DNA of 64,000 nucleotides, taken from positions 21,490 to 85,489 of the forward strand of contig JAAEQW010000090.1 of NCBI GenBank assembly GCA_024231025.1. Reading direction: 5' to 3'. Positions within the stretch are counted from its first letter, which is position 1; each line of letters starts with the position of its first letter. A program made the translations under genes and the position numbers. The notes below the pieces were generated by a model. That model saw nothing but the letters and a program-made list of their open reading frames with translations. It was not told the origin of the DNA and did no database searches. This document shows positions 9,620 to 18,600 of the stretch, in pieces. The stretch is from Candidatus Omnitrophota bacterium (lineage in GTDB: Bacteria > Omnitrophota > Gorgyraeia > Duberdicusellales > 4484-171).

Positions 9620-12600
9620 TCACGCCGCAAGATCAAAGACAGGTTCTTCTTGTTCCTGATCAGCTTTTTTGAAATCACGCTCAATAGTAATGATTTGAAA
9701 TGTAAAGCCTTTGAAAGTTTTAATGTCAAAAGGAAGTGACTCAAAATTAGAAAATGGCGCAATGGAGCCACCTGTTTGCGACTCTTCATCTATCTCTAAC
9801 ATTTCTGGATTAAGATCAATACCGCCGGGATTGGTGTTTGGGAGTGTAGCGTCGACCTCTCCCCCGGCGGTTTGTTGTGCCGACGCTAAATAATCTAAAT
9901 GATTTTTCTTTTCATTATTTTGGTCAAACAAATTAGCCCCGACCAATGCTGGTCCTGCACTATTTTCTATAGAAGAATTTTGTTGAACGGTTAGAATTTG
10001 GTTACCATCAAACGCTTGTTTTAATTTATCCCAATAATTCTTTTCGCCTATAACCAATAGATTACCCTTTGTTTTTACTTCTGAGGATAAGCGCTTGGCA
10101 ATTTTGGAAAAATGATATCGATTCATCCAATAGCAGCTGACATATTCAGCGCAAGCAGTTACCACTTTGGTTCCAACAACTTCCCTGTTTTTAGCCTTCG
10201 TATGCATCGCTAAGATTTTCTCATCAGCAATTGTTCCATTGGATGATTGCGCGGCCCGAACCTCTCGATCCCACTCCATAAACAAATCGATCTCACCATA
10301 TTCTTTACACACCCTAAACAAATCATGCCTAATATCAACAAGTTGACGCCCCTCTGCTAAACTATCATCCAAAGATATAATTTTCTTGAAAAATCTAGAT
10401 GAGGTTGCGGCCAAATAAACCAGGGGTCCGTATAACGTTAAGAATGTATCCTCAATCTTGTTACGCTTAAATCCCAAATTCTCCATCTTAATCGTAAACG
10501 CATCGATCAAACCAACCAATTCGTTAATCCGCTCGAAACCACGGTCGCGCGTAAACCCTACCGCAGCAACATTACTAACGCCACCGCGGAGAAGCGCTTT
10601 TTTTATCGAACGCAATTGCTTTCTGTAAAGATGTGTTTGCCATTGGAAATTGAGATCAAGATCTAAAACAAGATCTTTAAAATACTGAGCATCACCATCA
10701 TCGTAAGCTTTGATTAAAAATTCTAGAAATTGACCGATATCCTGAGAAGCTTTCACAGGCTTAACAATAAAAACATCTTTCTTGTCTAGCGAATCTCGTT
10801 TTATCCCCAATTCATTTTTCCCAGATAATTCTCGAGCATATCTAGTCATGCCTAACAAATGGCACCCCCCAACAACAGTCATCGCAACACCATCCTTACC
10901 TACAATCCCGCTTGCTTCATGCAGCGTGTTTTCAATCATTGCCCGATCCCTATCTTTTGCCGATAACATAAAAAAGTTAAAAGAATCGCAATAATTACGA
11001 ATTACCCCCAATGGGATGCGTTCTTCTACACCAATCTCTTTCATAATTGCCAAAACTTCTTTCGAAGCAATTGAAGTCGATTGGCTCAAATCGTATAACC
11101 GATCAGACAAATCAATACTCTCTTTAGCGGTAAGAAATTCAACAATCTTCTTTCCATAATAAGCTGCAGCCTCTAAATAGACACTCGCTTCTTTACGCAG
11201 CAAATCATCATCGATAGCCACAAAATGCACCTGATCAATGAAATCCCTCATATGTACATGAAAATATCCTAGCACCCCGTAGGTAAGGAGAGTAAAATCA
11301 TCGGCAATCTCTTCAATATTATTTTCCAAGTAATTGACGATATCTTCTAAGTTTGAAACATTATTACCTTGCTTCTTTTTATCAGCAATGTAGATCCGGA
11401 CATTAGAAAAATGCGCCTGCATATTCGCGATAATATGCCGATGCCCATTGAGAGCTTCTTTCCGTACTCGTTCTACCCCCTGATGAGTTAATTCTAATCC
11501 CAACATAGCAAGTTTACCGCAAGCCGCTATCTCTCTAATCGTTTCTATATCTTTTTGTAACGAGTCCATCACCTTGCGTTCAGTTTGAAGTAAAGTGAAA
11601 AGATCCCAACAGTATCTCACGCTGGAAGCAGCATTGAGAACATTATTAGAAAGAGCCTTCTCAATCATGTCGTATTTTAAGGAATCGGCATGGCTATACC
11701 CTAATATCGCTAAGTCCCCTCCCGAAGCAATGCCTCCTCGAACATATCTAAGCACGCTATCATGATTTCGCACACTGCGATTACTGACACCGGAAGCTCT
11801 GGCAATAGCCTCTGACACCGGACCCACACCAAGGCTAACCGCTCCTACACCAGCCGCCTTAAAGAAACTCCTTCTGTTTATTTCCATCGGCTTTAGTATC
11901 TCAGCGCCTCTATCCTTATACTCAGCTTTAATCTCTGATAGATTGCGCTCAGTTACATCAACTTCAACATTGATCCCTATTTTCTCAAGCTTTTTCTCCA
12001 GGGCCTTGGCATTTTTACGGTCAAATGGATCAGCGTCAATCAAATATTCATATAGACCGTCTATCTTCTCTCCTTCAGGCAGGCGCTCATTAATCAACCT
12101 CTCAACATCCAATATTGTCATCATTAAACCGAGTGGCATATCCTCTTTCTTCAAAACTCCAGCAAAAGCTAAACCAAAAAAATTAGCCAACTCTTCTTCC
12201 TGCTCCTTCAATCCCTTAGAAAGCCTGCCAAAAAGACGCACTTCGTCGAACAAAGCATGGGCAGTTTCATGGCCATCAACAAAACGAATCGCTTCCTCCA
12301 GTGTTGGAACCCGACCAAATTTATCAGCAAGATCACTGAGCTGCTCTTCCAACTGCTTGCGATTCAAATGAACCCGCCGAATTAACCTACCATCCTCATG
12401 AAACCGAGCATGCAACCCGTGGATTATATTGGCGATGGTCAGTGGAGAAACTAGTGGTGGAAAATATTCAGTATCGGCGTCGGAAGTAACTGGCACAACT
12501 ACATCAGAGAGCCCTTCTTCATCGCTGGTAATTTGATGACTTCTTGAATTTGGATCAATATCGACCCTTGACGAAGGAATGCTAACAGCCTGGGACTTCG

Positions 12601-15600
12601 CACTCATAGCGGCTTTCTTTAATAATGTTTCCATATTAGAAAGCATCATCGATACTTCTTCGATGCTGTTGGCAGCAATAACATTATCTAAATCCGGCAA
12701 CTCCAGGCCTTCTGCTTTTAAATCGCTGGTTAACTCATTATTTAATTTTGCCATATATAATTGCTTACCGGCACCGCCATAATTCAAAACAATAACTTTT
12801 TTATTGTTTTTCAAAGCTACTACTGCTTCGTGAATGGTCCCTAAACTACCATTCAACACGATCATGACATCCGCCACCATTGCCATACCTACACGGCGCT
12901 GGTGCATATCCTTACCAATATATTGTACCGCTACTCGATTATTAGGAGATATCCTACTGTAACCAACAGCACTCATTCCTTGAGGTAATAAAGCAAAAAA
13001 CCGTTCATCACTATTCTGACTCAACGAACAAACCCCCTGATAAACATCTTTTCCTACCCCTGGAACACCACCGGTAAATACATAACCTTTATCTTTTACG
13101 TAATCAGCTAAGCATCTCCCTAATTCTTCTCCTATTGTAGGAGAGTAATCTGATGACGGGCTAACCGCGCCGATAACTCCAATCCTTATCCCTTCATACT
13201 CTTGCCGTATATATTCTGCTTGCCATTGTATTTCATCCCCTTCCTGATCGCTACGTCTTCGCGTTACGTCTTTTTGACCAGGAGGAATCTTTTCGTGAAA
13301 AAATATTTCTAGCAACCATCGAGTCGTATCTGGACTATCTACCCCTACCCCACTCGGCATAATCAACATTGGGTAATCATTCCCTTCAACACTATAACTA
13401 TTACCTATTTTAAGAATATCTTTCTGTTTTATTCCTGTTTGTTGAGCAAAGAAACTGGCGGCATTTCCTTTATTTACTTCCAAAGGCACTATATTCAGGT
13501 TAACTTCAGTATCAACTACTTTATATTTATGCATCAGACCTAAATCACCTAAAGCCATTTTTAAAGCAATAATCAACTCCTCCTTTTGCTCATTGGTAAC
13601 ATTATCTACAGCAATAATCGCTGAACGTTCAGTTACTTTAAAACCAAATTTCTCTAAATCCGTTGATTGTAATTTACCAACTATGCTTCTTCTATCCTGT
13701 GAATCAATAGCGTAACTGGTAAGGATCTCATCATTCCCTACGTCATAACACCCTGCCCCATTCTGCTCAAAAACATAAAGATTTTTTAATGCTTCTGAGT
13801 TTACTCTCCTGCGCATTCTTCTAACAAACACTTTATCTATCGACTTCGATCTGCCGCTTACAATACCCACCTTATACCCTGCCTCTAACATCCCGGCAAT
13901 TAAGTCTAAAATTTCACTGGATATTTTTTTCCCTCGAAGCTTCAAGGTGCCATCAATATCTAAGAGTACCCCACCGAACCTTTTATCTGCCCTAAAAGGC
14001 AAACTATCTAAATTATCTTTTTCAGCGACCGGCACTGCTCTTTGTTCATTCAAATCTACTAATCGCTCAACAATAGCAAATTGCCTTAGAAACTCATCTT
14101 CAAAAGTATGAGACGGATTTACTCCTTGACGGTTAACAACAAATCGTTTGCTGATATGATCATCGATGGAACCGCTAAGATGTTTATCCTGACCATTAAG
14201 CTGTCTCATGTAATCAGGCATATCCTGATTAGAAACATTGACAGCAGCAACAAACAGTCTCGATTGATTAATGGGATCTAATCCATCAATGCTGTCAGGA
14301 TTAAACGCCTCTGGCTTATCTCTCACTTGCCGATTTGACCATCGCCCACCCATAGTTACTGAAATATCGCTACGATTCATCGGATTATAATACTCACTTC
14401 TATAGGCATTGGCATCTCGATCTGGTATTGCTAATTCTTGCTTTAATCTTCTCAACTTATCTACAAATCTCATAATCATTTCATATGAAGAATAAACTTG
14501 ACCTTCATTACGTTGAGGATTGAAAAAATCCTGAAAATATTCCTGCTCTCTTAATTGATCCGCGCCTTCAATAAATTTGTCTCCTGCTAAAACATAATTA
14601 ATCAAAAGCATGACGTTAACAAAGGCTTTATGGGCATCAGGATAACGTGAACCACCTTGCACGTCACGCATAAAACTATTACTGCCGTCCATCATTACTA
14701 CTTCGGGTTGTTCTTTTAACATGAATCTTAAAGTATCATCATCGAAAAGCTGTTCTTTTCTTTTTGCACAAATAAGATGTTCATCATCATGGGCCTCAGT
14801 AGAACCAACCCTTACTTCAGCGATTTTTATCCCTAAGCTCTCTAAGCGAGTCTTTATTGGCGTCGCGAGAAACCAACCATAAGAAAAATTCGGCACGACT
14901 AAAACCTTTCGACCGGAATTTTTTAGAGCAACCACAAAGTCGAAGAACTTTTTCACCTCATAAGAAGTATAAGATAAGGCGGTTTTGGTTGAATCCTCCA
15001 CTTCATCTTGCGATAAACGGTTAAAATTCTCTAATATCTCCCTAAACCACTCAAAAGTATAAGTCTCTCGTTCTGACTCTCTCCCGCACTGACGAACATA
15101 CTCATTACAAAAACGACTATACTCTAAAGCTACTTTTAATTCATCATTAGGGTCAAAAGAATTATTAACTTGAGGATTATATACTCTCCAAATAGCCATC
15201 AAACTCTGGGGATCATTCGCCGCATCAATTCTTTGATTAAGAGTAGCCGAAGGATAAAATCCATTCTCTAAAAGCAATTTAGTATTTTCTACAAATTTCT
15301 GAGATATTTCATCTGACCGTAATGGCAATATAGAATCATAGGTAGAAGGATTATTTAATGCAGGTATAAATGTCTGTGATTGATGCAAAACCACAATAAA
15401 ATCACAAACGACCTCAAGATTTTCCTTGGTAACGAACTCGCTTTCAACTAATCTTTGCAGCATAGAGTACGCGGATTCTACTGTTTGTGCTGGTAAATGA
15501 TCCTTTACCTTTAGAGAAAATACAACTTCAACCATAATATCAAGGATGGCTTTTGCCTGGTTATTATCTGCAGCATGCAGCAATTTTTCTTTTAGAGACT

Positions 15601-18600
15601 CGAGATCGCTATATTCTAATCGAGGTTGGCTATGAATCAAACCAACACGCAATGCGTCGTAAAAAAATCTTCTACTATCATACTCAATACTATCGCCGGT
15701 TAAACCCAGAATAACCCTCGCTCTTTCCTTGGTGAACTCAACTTTACCGAAAAGACCCCTAAAAAATTCGAAATCACCAGATTTTTCATCCCAACAAGAG
15801 ATCAAAAGAGAAGCAAGTTGAATTTTTTCGAAACTACCATCTTCTGCCCAGCCAATAGCATCAATCAGCCCTCCAAATGAAAACGGCAAAAACGTAAGAA
15901 ATTCATTGCTTAAGATGCTAAACAAGCATTCTCGCGCTTGTGAATTTTGCACTTTACCAATTACTACCGCTAAATTATTAAATAAACTTGGATCTTTTCC
16001 GACTACATGCACTAAATCTTTCGCGATTCGTTTAGCTACCAAATTCTCACTTGAGATGCCTCCTTGAGAAACAATCCCGTCAATTGCTTTAACAATCAAA
16101 CCAGGATTACTAACTAATACCATGCCAATCCCAGCACCAACACGACCCTCTGTCCTTTCTACCACACTAAGTATAGTTTTGAAATCATCCTCATCGGGTC
16201 GCATCTGCTGATTACCAACGAGAGCGTGAGCAAAAACCGCGCTAAGCTCTCTTAAAGTTTCTTCATCTTCTGTGGTTGCTAATTTTGTAATAAAAATATC
16301 CTTGCTTGATTCAGTCAAAGAAACGTTCTCATTATTTTTGAGGAGGTTTTTTAAGACAGTGGCGGCTCTTTTTAAATCCTGCTCGTTATCAGCCCTGTCA
16401 ATTAAGACAAGTAGGTCTTCGGCATGATCTTGGCTGCTAAAACAGTGCCCGCAAACATAAGCGATCGCCGCTTTTGTTGAATCATTCTCTGTCTGGTTGA
16501 ATGATTGCGTCACTTTGTCGTTTAAACCAGAAAAATTAATAGCGTCTTCTTTAATTGCTCCGTAGCTGAAAGTCGCCGCCAAACGCCCATCAGTTTTTTC
16601 AAGCGCGGAAAGAATAGAGTCTACGTCTTCAGGGTCTAACCATTTATCTACTTTTGCTGCCCATGCTATATTAGGTAAAAGAGCCAGGATACTCTCTAAA
16701 TCTTCTTCATTTTCTTGATCACTAAACTCAGAGACAAGAGAGTTAAATTTGTTAAGAACGATTCTAAGACCTGCTTCGCTAATATTTAAATTATCCCTGT
16801 TTTTTTGCTTAATAATTGCCATCAAGATTGAAGATGCTTTAGCTAAAACCTGCTTGTTCTTCGAATCTCTTATTAAATTCAATAAAACTTCAAATTCTTG
16901 AGCATTAAACTTAGAAACAAATGGAAGAGCTATGTCGCGGCCAAGCGCATCATCGAGAACGGAAAGGATTGCTTCGCGCAAAGAATCATCACCAATACTA
17001 GCCAACGCACTGAGGATATCAGAAACTAAAGCTCTTGGCGCGCTACTGTCGCGAAATGCTGAACTAATAATACGCTCAAACCAATCAAAAGTAATCTTAC
17101 CCGATACGCTTAGGGTAATAAGATCAGAAATTAATTTAGAGACCGAATCATCTTTTTTGCCACGCCGTAAAACACTAATAAGAACAGATTCAACAGTACT
17201 TTTTAAATTTTCAAATTGAACATTATTAGTTGCTAAATCAACCATCTCCGCAAGCACATCAGGATTACACTCTAGGGCACCCTTAAACACCCAACCAAGA
17301 TGCTCTTTAGCCCTATCATCTACGGCTCTTTCGCGAGCCTGATATAATATCATTATTTGGTTACAATTAAGCTTAATTGCAGGATCGTCTCTATCTTGTT
17401 TTAAAGCTAGTGCGAGCGAACGCATAGTCGCATCATCATCTGAATTTTCTATCGCGGTCAAGATTCGAGTAGTAAAGCCCGGGTTGTATTTTACCGCCTC
17501 CCCTAAAACAAGCGCGTAGCAAACCTTGATTTCGTTCCTTTCAGGATCATGCGTTGATTGTTCCGATACTGAAAGAGCTAATTCAATTATGCGCGGATTA
17601 TTAGATAATAGCCGTTCTCCAATAGATTTATTCACCCCCCACATGTAATCATCTGAAACACCGACGAATATTCCAGCTAAAAGTGCCAGGTTTTCTGCGG
17701 TTTGTTCTAAATTATCACTAATAATCTCATCTTTAAAAACAAAAAAAGCAGAATTGAAAAAATCTTCAAGCCTCTGCTCATGGATAGATTCCCTTGTGCT
17801 ATTAGTATTCAGCACAACGCTCAACAGTTTATCGAGAATCTCATCTAAATTTTCTCTAGTTTGTTCTATACTATCTTCTACTATGATAATATCCTTTAAG
17901 GACGTAAGAAAATTGCTAAACAAGGGTTGAAGGTAACTTTCCGGCCCAGAAGCTTTTCGCTTAGGACTACTGGATCTTCGTATTTTATTGAGAAAAAATC
18001 TTAGCTCATTGCCGATCTCCTGTAAATTAGTAATCGTTTGTTTAGGGTCATCTTCTACAATAATCACATCTCTTAAGGAGGAAATACCGAGAAGTATGTA
18101 CTTTGCGTCATCGATCCCTGCTTTAGTACATAAATCTATTAATTCCTGTGGTAGCCCTTGTGAGTGTTTAATAATTTCCTGAAAACCAGAAGGAAGCTCG
18201 TCAAACGGTATGTCAGTAAAAGGATAGAGCTTTTGAAAGTATTCCGATTGCACTGAATTTCTCTGAGTCTGATTTTTTTTAATAAATGTAGTTAGGGCTT
18301 TATCGGGCCCGAGTAATTTTGGATACTCATCCGGCATAATTTGTTTGGCTGCTGCTCGCAGTAAATCATGGCCTGACGCTTTCGAAGAGAGCAATTTGTA
18401 ATTTTTAAAAGCACGCAAAAGAGCGTCACCCTCAATAGTCAATCGTGCCACCTCCGAATTTTGATTATTCTTTAAGACTAACTTCCCTTTAAGCCATCCG
18501 CGCTGAGTCAAAAACCTAAAAACTCTGTCTAAGCCAAAACCACACAATAGCTTGGCAATCGCCCCTTTCACTTCTATTTTTATTAATCCTCTCTTTAATA

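Noticed and set aside
9491-9789. Small ORFs in the gap between the MNT gene and giant 1 (9491-9739 plus, 9577-9789 minus)
   Set aside because: They overlap the 3' end of the giant gene and the MNT gene, with no support; the gap is more likely a short intergenic or UTR segment.
9711-12782. Several 60-140 aa plus-strand ORFs inside giant gene 1 (e.g. 9711-9893, 10782-10994, 11943-12371, 12579-12782) and similar ones inside giant 2 (38993-39250, 42953-43288)
   Set aside because: They are antisense to a long, well-supported ORF, and there are no RBSs or motifs. Antisense-to-coding artefacts are common at this size.
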